DNA of 64,000 nt from a bacterium (GTDB taxonomy: Bacteria > Bacteroidota > Ignavibacteria > UBA10030). Within the stretch, counting starts at the first letter, position 1; each line of letters begins with the position of its first letter. Made by a program: the position numbers and the translations under genes. The stretch lies in assembly GCA_043803945.1 (NCBI GenBank), contig JAZDJN010000061.1:64001-128000 (forward strand), given 5' to 3'. Shown here one piece after another: positions 1 through 10,549 of this stretch. A model generated the notes under the pieces. The model saw only the letters and a program-made list of their open reading frames with translations, was not told where the DNA came from and ran no database searches.

Positions 1-143
1 AGGAGGTTCTCCCGCTGTGAGCGAATGTTGAAGTAGGAGAAAACACCGATCGTGATGATGGTCGTCAATCCGACTACAACAATTAGCTTAAAGCCAATTC
101 TTCTTGATAGCACGGTGACCATATGTTCTCGCTTCATATCCAT
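1..143 (-). CDS. N-terminus of a probable membrane sensor histidine kinase (partial, runs off the window)
   Basis: Not in the ORF track. Manual translation gives MDMKREHMVTVLSRRIGFKLIVVVGLTTIITIGVFSYFNIRSQRENL, a basic stretch plus TM1 typical of HAMP sensor kinases. It lies directly downstream of the cytochrome gene. The start may be 143, 137 or 122. Confidence 0.55.
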   Translation of the reverse strand, partial: MDMKREHMVTVLSRRIGFKLIVVVGLTTIITIGVFSYFNIRSQRENL

Positions 144-149
144 CACAAC

Positions 150-1298
150 TCACAAGCTCTTCTTTCGGACTGACCGAATCTTTGTGCCTGGGCTTTTATC
201 CGGGTAACTCTTGTCATCGTGGCAGCTCGAACAGGTCGGTTTCTTGGCAAAGTCTCTCCCCTCATGACAACTATCGCAGTCAATTTCTCCGTGATTCTCG
301 TCCAATTTTAGTCCGGTCACGCTGTGGTTGAACGATCCACTCTTCCATTGTGCGTGGCACGTGCCGCAATTCCCTGAAAGTCCTTTGTATTCGTTCCTTC
401 CTTTGTGGCATTGGGTACACCCCAGCGTTGAGTGAAAGCGCCCCAGGTCAAATCGCGCCCGACGCGCATGGTTGAATCCTGCCCGCGGCTCCTTGTCGTG
501 ACAGCGACTGCAGTTCACGTCGACTGCATGACATGGAGAACATCGCTCATGTCCCCCGACAGAGCGGGCAACTTGGCTGGCAGAAACTTCTGCAGGCTTG
601 TGGCACCTGGTACATCGTTCGTTTGTGTGGCAAGCTGAGCAAGAGAGTCCAAATCGATCCGTATGATCGTTGTGATAAAACGTGACTACCTTTCCATCAT
701 CAAAAGAGGTGTCAAATACGAGTCGCGTCGGCCTCGCAGTATTCACTTCTGCTCTCCTCTTCTGTGTCGAGGTGGCAGGCGCCAATGGATCTGCTTTCAG
801 GGCGTGGCAACTCTCACACTTCGTTGCCGATATGCCGCTTTCCCGGTGGCAGTTGATACACTGCCGGTGATATGCCCCTTTCAGACCCGGCTTCGATAAA
901 TCCGCGCTTTTCGATGATGTTTCAGCAATATGGCACTCGCTACATGCGAGCACACTCCCCGGTGGATTGTAGTGGTGGCAGAGGATACAGTTGCCCGACA
1001 TTTCCGACATTTTCGCATGGACCTTGTGGGTGAAAAGAACTGGTTCGTAAAGATCCGGAGCTCCGGTGATCTTCTGAAGGACTATCTTGTCAGGTCCGGT
1101 CTCAGCTGAAGTATGAATCGTCACCATATCTGCACGCGGACACTTTTTAAGACTCGGGTTGGCCTTCGTCGGTATCTCGGTCGTGTGACAGGCGAGACAG
1201 CCATTGGAATGCTTACCCGAAGTCTGTGCACTGGCTTGGAGCTTAACCAGAAACAGGACGATGACTATAGAAGCGGAGTACTTTTCAATCAGTTTCAT
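150..1298 (-). CDS. Periplasmic multiheme cytochrome c with 13 CxxCH motifs and cytochrome c3-like domains
   Basis: Signal peptide and 13 CxxCH motifs counted. Class III signature FTHKVH...CILCHH...AYHRQCINCH. Confidence 0.9.
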   Translation of the reverse strand: MKLIEKYSASIVIVLFLVKLQASAQTSGKHSNGCLACHTTEIPTKANPSLKKCPRADMVTIHTSAETGPDKIVLQKITGAPDLYEPVLFTHKVHAKMSEMSGNCILCHHYNPPGSVLACSECHIAETSSKSADLSKPGLKGAYHRQCINCHRESGISATKCESCHALKADPLAPATSTQKRRAEVNTARPTRLVFDTSFDDGKVVTFYHNDHTDRFGLSCSACHTNERCTRCHKPAEVSASQVARSVGGHERCSPCHAVDVNCSRCHDKEPRAGFNHARRARFDLGRFHSTLGCTQCHKGRNEYKGLSGNCGTCHAQWKSGSFNHSVTGLKLDENHGEIDCDSCHEGRDFAKKPTCSSCHDDKSYPDKSPGTKIRSVRKKSL

Positions 1299-2539
1299 TT
1301 CGCAGTACCTCGAATCGAGTATTTGGTGGTCGGGCTGATGTGTCGTTGTTCAACGCTGATGATCGGGAACACCTTCACGAAGAACCGATAGATGAGGACC
1401 AGCAGTGCAATGAACCCCACTGTAACCGAAAATTCTCCCACCGACGGGAAATATCCCCCCGTTGCATACGGGGGAGTATACGCGACGATGAAATTGTTGA
1501 CCCGGTTGAGGAGCACACCCAGAATGACAAGTGTCGAAGCGACGAATAGCCAAAGCGGTGAGCGGACAACAGTGCGAGAAAGAAACATTCGGAGGGGAAT
1601 AATGACTCCACCTACGACCTCGAGTACAAACATGATGCTTTCGGTCGTCGGCTCAGTGAGATACACAAATGTCTCACGGATAACCATGTCACCCAGCTTG
1701 AAAGCTAGATAGATTCCAAGCAGAGGTGCAACCATGGTCCCCAGTTTCGATAATATTGTCATCTCAGGTTTCAGCCCGAATGACCGTGCTGCAAGAAGCG
1801 ACTCGAAAATCACCATGGGGAAGCCTACAGCGACAGCCGAGAGGAGAAAGAGTAGCGGCAGGACTGGAGTCTGCCATAGCGGGTGCATCTTGGGTCCCGC
1901 GATAATCATGAGTGTTCCCAGTGAGGATTGGTGCAACGTCGAGAGGACAATTCCAGCAATGATGAAGAGGAACATCGTCTTACTCAGAGTCCGGTCGAGT
2001 GCTCGCAGCACACTCTCGAGCGGCCTGTTGAGGATAGAGAGAACGCCTGGGAGTCCCACACGACCTATGAACCGCTCGGTCACAATCGGCAGAAATTCGA
2101 TGTAGAGAACGGACAGGTAGATGATGACACAGATGCCGACCTCGAAGAGCGCAGAGTTTCCGTTCCACATCAGTAGCGGATGCCAGATATAGTACCATCT
2201 GCCGATATCGAAAACAACGCCGAGTGCAACAAACGTGTAGCCCAACATCGCGGTAAGGAGCGCCGGTCGCACAATTGCATGATAATCTTCCCTATGCATC
2301 ACATGCCCAAGCGCAGCGGACGTGAAGCCGCCCGCAGCCAAGGCCACACCCGCTGCGACATCAACCCCGATCCACAAACCCCATGGATATTGATCACTCA
2401 GATTCGTAACGGCGCCTATTCCAAAAAACAATCTCACGAGAACAAAAGCGATTCCGTTCAATGCCAGGATGGCCAGGATTATCACTCCAGGAGTAATGTA
2501 CTTCTTTGCAATAGCTTCAGGTGCTGTCAATGTGTTCAT
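1295..2539 (-). CDS. NrfD/HybB/HmcC-family integral membrane quinone-interacting subunit
   Basis: TNLSDQYPWGLWIGVDV, DIGRW, SALFEV and LSTLHQSSLG motifs with about 10 TM helices. Start moved to MNTL, which gives an ATGA overlap with the upstream gene. Confidence 0.9.
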   Translation of the reverse strand: MNTLTAPEAIAKKYITPGVIILAILALNGIAFVLVRLFFGIGAVTNLSDQYPWGLWIGVDVAAGVALAAGGFTSAALGHVMHREDYHAIVRPALLTAMLGYTFVALGVVFDIGRWYYIWHPLLMWNGNSALFEVGICVIIYLSVLYIEFLPIVTERFIGRVGLPGVLSILNRPLESVLRALDRTLSKTMFLFIIAGIVLSTLHQSSLGTLMIIAGPKMHPLWQTPVLPLLFLLSAVAVGFPMVIFESLLAARSFGLKPEMTILSKLGTMVAPLLGIYLAFKLGDMVIRETFVYLTEPTTESIMFVLEVVGGVIIPLRMFLSRTVVRSPLWLFVASTLVILGVLLNRVNNFIVAYTPPYATGGYFPSVGEFSVTVGFIALLVLIYRFFVKVFPIISVEQRHISPTTKYSIRGTAK

Positions 2540-3438
2540 TCGGTTATCTCCTCCTCTGATTTTTGGCGGTTCTTGTTTATCCACATCAGGCCACCCAGGA
2601 GTGAATAAAGAGAAATGGGGGGAACGAAGTACGCGAAGATCCCGTGCTGAATCGATTCGCTCGTCCCCGGCATCGGATCCCCCTTAAGACTGGGAAACTC
2701 TAAGTCCTTGAAATCCGCTTTCGCCAAATAGAGGTATGAAGTCCCTCCAGCCTCGAACTCTCCGTAGATATGGTTCCGGTATCGGTCAGGATAGTTTTCG
2801 ATCCTTTTCATCGCAATCTCGATCATGGCAGATCGGCGGCCGTACGTGAGACTCTCCACCGGGCAAATTTCCACGCAAGCCGGAATACCACCACCTTGCG
2901 TTCGGTGATCACAGAAATCGCATTTGACGATGTCGGGCTTTAGTGCGGTATTGTACTGAAACGAAGGGATTTGGAAGGGGCATGCGACCATGCAGTATCG
3001 GCATCCAATGCACTTGTCGGTGTCCCAGAGAACAGGTCCGCTCTTCTCCTTCGCAATCGCACCCACAATGCATGCCGACTCGCAAGCGGGGTAGTCACAG
3101 TGCATACACTGTACCTTGACGTACGTCGGCGACGCTGCACCGCTCGCATTTTTATACTCGTTGACGACCGTGAGCGAGTCTGGATTGGGACGTCGACGTT
3201 CCGGGACATTCAGGCGACCTGGTGCAGGGATTGCCGAGTCACTGGAAAGGCCATGCTCCTTCCGGCAGGCTGCTTCGCAGCTTCGACATCCGATGCACAC
3301 CGTGAGGTCGCAGAGGACACCCATTCTGTCCGGAGAAGGAATTTTTGAACCCGCTCCAAGTGCCGCTTCCCCCAGTGTGGCGGTCGCTGCCGCGACAATT
3401 GTTGTTCGGAGAAAATCACGCCTAGTTTCCATAGTCAT
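2536..3438 (-). CDS. HybA/HmcB-like Tat-exported 4Fe-4S protein with C-terminal membrane anchor
   Basis: TRRDFL Tat motif; CIGCRSCEAAC, CMHC..PACESAC, CIGCRYCMVACP and KCDFC..PACVEICP clusters; C-terminal TM. Confidence 0.9.
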   Translation of the reverse strand: MTMETRRDFLRTTIVAAATATLGEAALGAGSKIPSPDRMGVLCDLTVCIGCRSCEAACRKEHGLSSDSAIPAPGRLNVPERRRPNPDSLTVVNEYKNASGAASPTYVKVQCMHCDYPACESACIVGAIAKEKSGPVLWDTDKCIGCRYCMVACPFQIPSFQYNTALKPDIVKCDFCDHRTQGGGIPACVEICPVESLTYGRRSAMIEIAMKRIENYPDRYRNHIYGEFEAGGTSYLYLAKADFKDLEFPSLKGDPMPGTSESIQHGIFAYFVPPISLYSLLGGLMWINKNRQKSEEEITE

Positions 3439-3472
3439 TTATTCACAATGTTGGATTTCACGATTCGAGAAC

Positions 3473-3491
3473 CCCGTCCTAGAGGGACGGG
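3473..3491. repeat. REP-like hairpin CCCGTCC-TAGAG-GGACGGG
   Basis: Perfect 7-bp stem in an intergenic gap. It resembles the GCCACGCCCTAAAGGACGTGGC hairpin at 34331. Confidence 0.5.
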
Positions 3492-3522
3492 CGTTATTAG
3501 TTTTTTTGAAGTACCACCGGAC

Positions 3523-4194
3523 TCAAAGGACTTCGCGAAGGAACATACGGTCAAATTGTTCCCATGTATGTGGCTGTACGCATTTCAATGCCCCATCCAC
3601 GGGGGGCCCGCCGTCTTGAAGCAAGGCAGAGATCATTTCGTTTGCACTGTCTTGTGCGGCAAATAGATCGCGCAACCTGCGGAATTCTTCGGCGATCCAT
3701 CCTCGGGTCTCTTCCCCCAACAATAACTGTTTGATATCCGAATGTCTCGCCGGCACAATCGTATATGCCCATCCATCTGTAAAGAGCATTTCTTTGAGCA
3801 TTCCAGGTTCCTTGATGAGTCGATCGTTTCGTTCGTATATTTCTCCTTCCATGGGAGCTCGAATGGTGAGAGAATGCTCTCCTTCTGTCAGGACAAGAAT
3901 GGGTTCCCCCCTTTGCACGCGCTGGTGAGGCTCTTTCAAGTACGAAACACTCGGAGAGCCCAACAATCTCGCTACAAAATCGTCGACACCGAGGCGCATC
4001 TTGCCAGATGGAAGGAGATTCATCCAGGTATGAGAACGCGCAAAAAAGATCCCTTCCGGGAGGCGGACCGGATACCTTCGCTCCGGGACGCGGTTATCGG
4101 CAGCAGTGACTTTCACTCCGGTTCTCGATCGGTGGACGATAGCATCAAGAATCACGAAGAGGAGAATCGTCAATACAACAAATAGAATAGCCAT
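3523..4194 (-). CDS. Membrane-anchored glycine-cleavage H-protein-like (GcvH-like) protein lacking the lipoyl lysine
   Basis: GcvH-fold motifs SHTW, RLGVDDF, RAPMEGEIYERN and TDGW. N-terminal TM. The ESVKA lipoylation site is replaced by TEGEHS. Confidence 0.75.
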   Translation of the reverse strand: MAILFVVLTILLFVILDAIVHRSRTGVKVTAADNRVPERRYPVRLPEGIFFARSHTWMNLLPSGKMRLGVDDFVARLLGSPSVSYLKEPHQRVQRGEPILVLTEGEHSLTIRAPMEGEIYERNDRLIKEPGMLKEMLFTDGWAYTIVPARHSDIKQLLLGEETRGWIAEEFRRLRDLFAAQDSANEMISALLQDGGPPVDGALKCVQPHTWEQFDRMFLREVL

Positions 4195-4330
4195 AATGAT
4201 GCTCCTTTAGTCCCTTGTTTAGATAGCAGTTCCGAAGCCCGCTGCTATTGGAAAAAGCTCTCCTGTGAATTGCTGCCATTCATCATTGTTCAAAAAGACA
4301 CTTTCAGTGGCAGATCATACTATAGCATAT

Positions 4331-4345
4331 AGTAAAAGCGTGCCA
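4331..4345 (-). promoter_or_regulatory. Possible sigma-54 promoter (perfect -24 TGGCACG, degenerate -12)
   Basis: Minus strand reads TGGCACGCTTTTACT, about 135 bp upstream of the GcvH-like gene. Confidence 0.35.
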
Positions 4346-4573
4346 GCGAGAATTTTGGATTCCCGAGTATGACCAGTGTAACAGATTGATATAGATCAGT
4401 TTAGAACTACTAAGAATGAGTGGTGAAAAATGAAACGCAGCCCTGTAATGAAAAAGTTTACAGTATATAAATCGCGGATGTGCAGAATTGAGTAAGTTGT
4501 TGTCAGATAATGATGATGAACGCGATTGAATTATTCAACACTGTACGATGAACTAATCAACGCTTTTTTTCAC

Positions 4574-5650
4574 TCAACATATTCTCGGAAGTTGCTCACC
4601 CGATAGCATATCGATAACTCGTGAACCACCGATTTTGCTCTTCATTATGACGAGTCCTCTATTTTTATCAACAACCTCACCGATGATTGAGGTATTCAAT
4701 CCGAGAGGATGAGTCTTCATCGCTGACACAATTTTTTCCGCGGCCTGCGGAGGAACAATCGCGAGCAGTTTTCCTTCATTCGCCACATAAAGTGGATCCA
4801 ATCCGAGCATCTCACAAGCACCTTGCACCTGCTCGCGGATCAATATCTTCTCTTCCGATATCAAGATTCCAACATCCGCTTGTTCTGCAATTTCATTCAA
4901 GGCACTGGCCACGCCCCCTCTGGTGGGATCGCGCAATACATGAATGTCCTTCGTTACTTCCAGCATTATTTCAACGAGCCCGTTTAACGGTGCAGAATCA
5001 GATGTAATTTCAGATTCGAACTCTAATCCTTCCCGGACAGACATTATTGCAATTCCATGGTCTGCAATTGTACCGCTGAGAATAATTTTATCACCGACGC
5101 TTGCTCTTGCCGGTGAGATGTGAACGCCTTCTGGAACAATCCCAATGCCCGCGGTATTAATAAAGATCTTATCGCCTTTCCCCCGATCGACTACTTTCGT
5201 ATCTCCTGTCACAATTTGAACTTTGGCTATTCGGGCTGCCTCCTGCATTGAAAGCACCACACGCCAGAGCTCATCCATCGGAAATCCTTCTTCGAGAATA
5301 AATCCGGCCGAGAGGTAGAGTGGAGTAGCTCCACACATGGCAAGATCATTCACCGTTCCATTGACTGCCAGATTGCCGATGTTACCACCCGGGAAAAAAA
5401 TTGGTTTGATAACATAGGAATCAGTTGAGAAGGCAAGGTGAGAATTCCCGAGCGAAAATGTTGCCCCGTCGTGGAGCGATTCAATCATCTCATTGTGAAA
5501 TTGTGGAAGAAACATCTTCTGAATCAACTGTTGCGTTAATCTCCCTCCGCCCCCATGGGCTAGAACCACATGAGGATAGTCAGAGATGGGAATGGGGCAT
5601 GACAGCTCACCAGCCCCTTCAGGGTTTGTTTTTATTAAATCATCAGCCAT
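4574..5650 (-). CDS. hypE: Hydrogenase maturation carbamoyl dehydratase HypE
   Basis: LAHGGGG, STDSYV, VTGDTKVV, RDPTRGG and ANEGK motifs; C-terminal PRIC. Confidence 0.97.
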   Translation of the reverse strand: MADDLIKTNPEGAGELSCPIPISDYPHVVLAHGGGGRLTQQLIQKMFLPQFHNEMIESLHDGATFSLGNSHLAFSTDSYVIKPIFFPGGNIGNLAVNGTVNDLAMCGATPLYLSAGFILEEGFPMDELWRVVLSMQEAARIAKVQIVTGDTKVVDRGKGDKIFINTAGIGIVPEGVHISPARASVGDKIILSGTIADHGIAIMSVREGLEFESEITSDSAPLNGLVEIMLEVTKDIHVLRDPTRGGVASALNEIAEQADVGILISEEKILIREQVQGACEMLGLDPLYVANEGKLLAIVPPQAAEKIVSAMKTHPLGLNTSIIGEVVDKNRGLVIMKSKIGGSRVIDMLSGEQLPRIC

Positions 5651-5651
5651 G

Positions 5652-6875
5652 TCATCCTCCTTCGGTCTCCAAGAGAACTCTCCGCTCTTTCACAAAGAAA
5701 AGAAGCATAATCGCAACCATCGTCAACACTATCGAACTTTGTAAAGGTACTGCAGATCCAAAGTAATACCAGAGGAGGCCTGCAAGAAATGAGGAAGGTA
5801 ATGCACAGAAACCAACGATCATCTGAAATGCCCCCAACGTACTGGCACGATACCCTTTGGGTGCCAACTCAGCGACGACACTCTTCTGAACAGGTTCCAG
5901 CGCCCCTTTGTGCAATCCATACAAAAGAAAAGAGAAAACCATTCCCCACCAACTTTTGACGAAGAGAAAACTCAGGCATGTCCATCCCCAAAAAATAAAC
6001 GCCAGGATGAGCACAGATCTTCTGCCTATAAAATCGGAAAGTTTTCCAAATGGATAAGAAAATATTGCGGCAATGAGCGTAAAGATAAGATAGAAAGCGG
6101 GTAACCAGTGACTTTCGATCCCCTGCTCCAGTGCATAAAGGAGAAGGAATGAATAACTGAACGATCCCAGCGCAAAGATTGCACTGAGGACCAGAAATAT
6201 CCAGAGATTCCCATCAAATTGTTTTAAGGATAATCCCTTGTAGATATGAGTTGAGGCCTTTCGTTCTTTTATCGAGAGAAGAATAAGCGATGCACCGAGG
6301 ATGGAGGGTATGGCCGCGAGAAGGAAGATATTCTGGTAACCAATATTAAAAAGGAGCATGCAAGTCACAATCCCACACACGGCGCCATAATTGTCCATGG
6401 AACGAAGTAATCCAAAATTTCTCCCTCGTGTGGAGTCGGTCGAGAGATCAGCAATAATCGCATCACGCGGGGCACTTCGAATTTTTCCCATCCGATCAAG
6501 TATCCGGAAGGGAATAAGATGAATCCAGGTTGAAGAAAACGCATATCCGATTCTTGAGAGTGATCCGAACAAATATCCTGTCCAGATAAATACTTTCCTC
6601 TTTCCAAAGCGATCAGAGAAATAACCTGACGCAGCCTGAGAGAGTGATACGATTGCTTCGCCGAGGCCATCGAGTAATCCCAAAACTGCCATGTTCGCAC
6701 CCAGCACCGAGGTCACAAAAAGAGGCCAAACAGGATAGATCATATCTGAACCGAAATCGTTCAGGAAGGATGCAAGAGCAAAGGCGCGTAAGGCCTTGCG
6801 AGATTCCTGCTCGGGGATTTCTCCCTCCTGCTCAGCAGCAGCTGCTTGGTGATCGGGGTGCTCCGGAATATTCAA
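5652..6875 (-). CDS. MFS transporter
   Basis: SGYFSDRFGKRK and FGKLSDFIGRR motif A repeats, about 12 TM helices, RSAPRDAIIAD. Confidence 0.9.
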   Translation of the reverse strand: MNIPEHPDHQAAAAEQEGEIPEQESRKALRAFALASFLNDFGSDMIYPVWPLFVTSVLGANMAVLGLLDGLGEAIVSLSQAASGYFSDRFGKRKVFIWTGYLFGSLSRIGYAFSSTWIHLIPFRILDRMGKIRSAPRDAIIADLSTDSTRGRNFGLLRSMDNYGAVCGIVTCMLLFNIGYQNIFLLAAIPSILGASLILLSIKERKASTHIYKGLSLKQFDGNLWIFLVLSAIFALGSFSYSFLLLYALEQGIESHWLPAFYLIFTLIAAIFSYPFGKLSDFIGRRSVLILAFIFWGWTCLSFLFVKSWWGMVFSFLLYGLHKGALEPVQKSVVAELAPKGYRASTLGAFQMIVGFCALPSSFLAGLLWYYFGSAVPLQSSIVLTMVAIMLLFFVKERRVLLETEGG

Positions 6876-6898
6876 AGGTCAATCTCCTTCAAGATAGT

Positions 6899-7948
6899 TC
6901 AGAGCCGCCCATATTCATGGATCGTTTCATATAGAGTAAGGATATTCGCCATTGGAGTGATCGGTTGGAGATTGTGGCATGGAGCACAGACCCAACGCGC
7001 ATCCAAAAAGATTCTGATGTTTTCCAACACTTCATTTTTTACCTCTTCAGTCGAACCAAAGGGTAAAGTGTATTGATTGTCCATGGCACCGTGGAAGATG
7101 ATCTTCTTGCCGAAATCCCGTACCAGGGCTTCTCGTTCCATTCCAGTGCATCGCCACTGAATTGGATTCAACAGCTCAATGCCGGTGACGTCAATGAGAT
7201 CGGGAATGATCTCACGAACTGCACCATCGGTATGATAGAAGACACGAATCCCATAACTTTTGGCCAGGTCAGCCATTTTTTTCTGATTGGGGAGGATATG
7301 CTCACGAATATTCTCCACACTCATCAATAAACTGCTCTGCCCGCCAAGATCCTCTGCTACATAGGTGACATCGATTCTTCCCCTGCCGATTTCAAATGTC
7401 CGTTGGTTGAGCTGGTAGTGAAAATCGAAGATATGATCCAGTGCCGCCTCGAGAATATCGGGTTGCTCAAGAAAATCCAGGAAGGCCTGTTCCATACCGC
7501 GCATGGCACAGTAAATAAGAAAGGGTTCAAATTCGCCCGTTCGAATGAACCGGTGAGAAGGAGCGTTCGCAATCAAATTCCGGTAAGCATCATAGTCGTG
7601 GTCATCGGCAGTTGGCCATTGATAATCATGAACTTCGTCAACAGTCTCTACCGTAGCCAGTGGATGCGTTGCAAACTCCGCATAGGTTCCGGTCCCATAC
7701 GCAATGTCTTCTTTTCGTAGTCCCCAGATATCAGACTTTGGATCGGATGGATGGTGCGGTTTTAAACAGGGAGGCTCAACGCGGATGACTCCATCAATAT
7801 TGAGCTTTGTGTAGAGTGCTTCAATTGTTGAGCATTCCATCTCCCGGAACAATCGCTCAGTCACTTCATCAGTTGCCCAATAATCAGTCGGGATCCGGTC
7901 TGGTTTTTCATTTGCAAACAGAGCACACCATCGTTCACGAGGAGTCAT
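6899..7948 (-). CDS. Uroporphyrinogen decarboxylase / MtaA-CmuA methyltransferase superfamily protein
   Basis: MTPRER...PDRIP N-terminus; EDLGGQ, YHTDG, LNPIQ and APCHN motifs. Confidence 0.8.
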   Translation of the reverse strand: MTPRERWCALFANEKPDRIPTDYWATDEVTERLFREMECSTIEALYTKLNIDGVIRVEPPCLKPHHPSDPKSDIWGLRKEDIAYGTGTYAEFATHPLATVETVDEVHDYQWPTADDHDYDAYRNLIANAPSHRFIRTGEFEPFLIYCAMRGMEQAFLDFLEQPDILEAALDHIFDFHYQLNQRTFEIGRGRIDVTYVAEDLGGQSSLLMSVENIREHILPNQKKMADLAKSYGIRVFYHTDGAVREIIPDLIDVTGIELLNPIQWRCTGMEREALVRDFGKKIIFHGAMDNQYTLPFGSTEEVKNEVLENIRIFLDARWVCAPCHNLQPITPMANILTLYETIHEYGRL

Positions 7949-8098
7949 AGTTTTTCTTTCTCAGTCTTGATACTATGCATTACGATTTCAGAAAATGCAG
8001 AGAGAATACGACGAGTGCAAGCAGAAATCTTCCTCTATTAAGGAAATCTTTTTAGAAAATATTCTAAATACCTTTTCCGAGATCAGAATGTTGCTCCA

Positions 8099-9193
8099 TC
8101 ATTCCTTTCGAAGTCCACCGTAATGGTAGTAAGCAGCACAGGCACCTTCCGAAGAGACCATCGGCGCACCCAGCGGGTGTTCAGGAGTGCATTTGGACCC
8201 AAACACCGAACATTGATGTGGTTTTTTCAGGCCCTGAAGAATTTCGCCTGCAATGCACAATGGCGACTCTTGCACATCAATCTCCCCAAGATCAAAGATT
8301 TTTTCTGCATCGAATGCTGCAAACTCGGACTTCAATCCATATCCGCTCGATGGTATTTCACCGATACCCCGCCACTTCCGGTCGATGATATCAAACACTA
8401 TCTCCAGGACCTTTTTTGCCCCGAGATTTCCTTCGCGCCGAACTGATCGGGCATATTGGTTTTCTACATCCATCCGACCCTCTTCAAGCTGCTTCAAAGC
8501 CATTGATAATCCCTGAAGAATATCGACCGGCTCAAACCCGGTCACAACAATGGGCACATGATATTGTGCGCTAATCGAAAAATACTCTTCATACCCCATT
8601 ACCGTACAGACATGGCCTGCTGCAAGAAAGGCCTGCACAAGAGCGTGCGGAGAGGAGAGTAACGCTCTCATAGCCGGGGGTACAAGCATATGGGAACATA
8701 GAATCGAGTAATTCTTCACCCCCAACCGTTTCGCTTCCAACACCGACATTGCATTCGCCGGAGCTGTTGTTTCAAATCCCACAGCAAAGAACACTACCTT
8801 CTTCAGGGGATTCTGCTGTGCGATGGCAAGAGCATCAAGAGGTGAGTACACCATTCTCACATCACCTCCTTGCGCTTTCACACTGAGCAGATCTTTTGAT
8901 GAGCCCGGAACACGGAGCATATCACCGAACGAGGTCAGAATGACATCAGGACGCGTGGCAACAGCGATGGCCTTGTCGATAATTTCAAGAGGTGTGACAC
9001 AAACCGGACAACCTGGTCCATGAACAAGCGTTACAGACTTTGGAAGGAGTTCTTCGATCCCATATTTAGCGATGGCATGAGTTTGCCCTCCACAAATTTC
9101 CATCACCGTCCAGGGACGGGTCACTGTTCTGTGAATAAGCTCTGAATACCTTTGTGCTGCAGCCTGGTTTCGAAACTCATCAACATAGCGCAT
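8099..9193 (-). CDS. hypD: Hydrogenase maturation protein HypD
   Basis: [27 protein letters not shown] and [12 protein letters not shown] motifs. Confidence 0.97.
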   Translation of the reverse strand: MRYVDEFRNQAAAQRYSELIHRTVTRPWTVMEICGGQTHAIAKYGIEELLPKSVTLVHGPGCPVCVTPLEIIDKAIAVATRPDVILTSFGDMLRVPGSSKDLLSVKAQGGDVRMVYSPLDALAIAQQNPLKKVVFFAVGFETTAPANAMSVLEAKRLGVKNYSILCSHMLVPPAMRALLSSPHALVQAFLAAGHVCTVMGYEEYFSISAQYHVPIVVTGFEPVDILQGLSMALKQLEEGRMDVENQYARSVRREGNLGAKKVLEIVFDIIDRKWRGIGEIPSSGYGLKSEFAAFDAEKIFDLGEIDVQESPLCIAGEILQGLKKPHQCSVFGSKCTPEHPLGAPMVSSEGACAAYYHYGGLRKE

Positions 9194-9388
9194 AAGCGTT
9201 TCTTCCTTTACCCAATGCTAAAGTGCAAAGAGATAGGTGAATTTATGCATCAACGATCGATGGACATTCTGCTTTTTCGCATTAAATGCTTCTGTTCAAG
9301 GTTGATAGAGAATAATCATCCATCTTCTCATGTGCAAACAAAGAGTGGTAATTCGATGTATGAATGTCGTTCGTAGAGAGAGGGGTGA

Positions 9389-10549
9389 TTAGAAATAGAG
9401 ATCCGCTTTGAGATAGAGCGATCTGGGGTAATACCAGTACTCCGAGAAATTTTCGCCGAAAAATAACTGGCCCCCCAGGGCAAGGGAGAGCTCATCAGAG
9501 GCAGAGGCGGAAATTGAACCGGCAATGAATTGGCTCCGATCCGAAAGGTTTCTCGTGTAGTTTAATGAAAGCGTGACAAGCGGATGAACGAGATAGGTAC
9601 CGAGAGCTGAAATGTATTGACGGCCAACATTCAGTATTTCACCATTCGCCAAATGGGGAAGATCGTATTGGCTTTTTTCAAACTGGCCCTCACCGTTGAA
9701 ATGATACTCAAGCAATCCATAAAGTCTTGAGGAAAATTGGTAATCGGCGCCGAGAATATAGTTGGTACTCTTGAAATCGTAATTGCCCGGAGCCAGAGTT
9801 ACGAGGGCTTCACCCCGTACACCGGCATCAAATAAATTTCCAGCGAAGTCTCCCCCAAACATGACAAAATTATCGAAATATCCGCCGACGAGTGAGAAGT
9901 CAAATTCTTGATAATTTGCCCGGAACCGATAACCAACATTGGCCGTTGACCAGCCTCGTTGAGGATTGACAACCAGCGAAAGATCGGTGAAATTACCAAG
10001 CCTGAATTTGAACAGCGCTGCATCCACCCCATCTTTTTCGATCTTAGCGACACTTGTTGGATTGATAGGATTAAAGAGGTCAGTTGGATTCCAGATTCTC
10101 CCTGTCCCCCACGCAATGCGCTGTCTTCCGATTGTCAGATCACCAAATTCGAAGCTTTGCTTGAAATGAAAGCGGTCAAGGTAGTGGAGGGCACTCACCT
10201 TCTGCTCCTGAAGGAGATACCACCCTGCATCAACGATTTGCCGTTGGTTTGACTTGCTCTGCACCTGAAAAACGATGGGCGAGGAGTGGTAGAAGAGAGA
10301 GAGCTCATATTCAACGGTGAGTTGTGCATCTGGCCAGAGCGATAGTGCAGGCCGAAGCCTGAGGCGATTGACATTCATGAATTGATCTTGTTCGACACCA
10401 AAGAGGTCGGCCGCCAATCGAGTGGTTCTCTGGACAATTGGGATTTCGACCACATACCCGGAGAACGAGAGTCCATATTGAGCCTGAGCGACGGCGTTAG
10501 GTAACAATAGTACCAGAAATAAAGCAAGAATGTTCCAATAGATTTTCAT
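9389..10549 (-). CDS. Putative outer-membrane beta-barrel protein of the LolA-like/ABC operon
   Basis: Signal peptide, GRQRIAWG...NPTD motif, alternating aromatic strands, C-terminal Phe (ADLYF). Confidence 0.7.
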   Translation of the reverse strand: MKIYWNILALFLVLLLPNAVAQAQYGLSFSGYVVEIPIVQRTTRLAADLFGVEQDQFMNVNRLRLRPALSLWPDAQLTVEYELSLFYHSSPIVFQVQSKSNQRQIVDAGWYLLQEQKVSALHYLDRFHFKQSFEFGDLTIGRQRIAWGTGRIWNPTDLFNPINPTSVAKIEKDGVDAALFKFRLGNFTDLSLVVNPQRGWSTANVGYRFRANYQEFDFSLVGGYFDNFVMFGGDFAGNLFDAGVRGEALVTLAPGNYDFKSTNYILGADYQFSSRLYGLLEYHFNGEGQFEKSQYDLPHLANGEILNVGRQYISALGTYLVHPLVTLSLNYTRNLSDRSQFIAGSISASASDELSLALGGQLFFGENFSEYWYYPRSLYLKADLYF

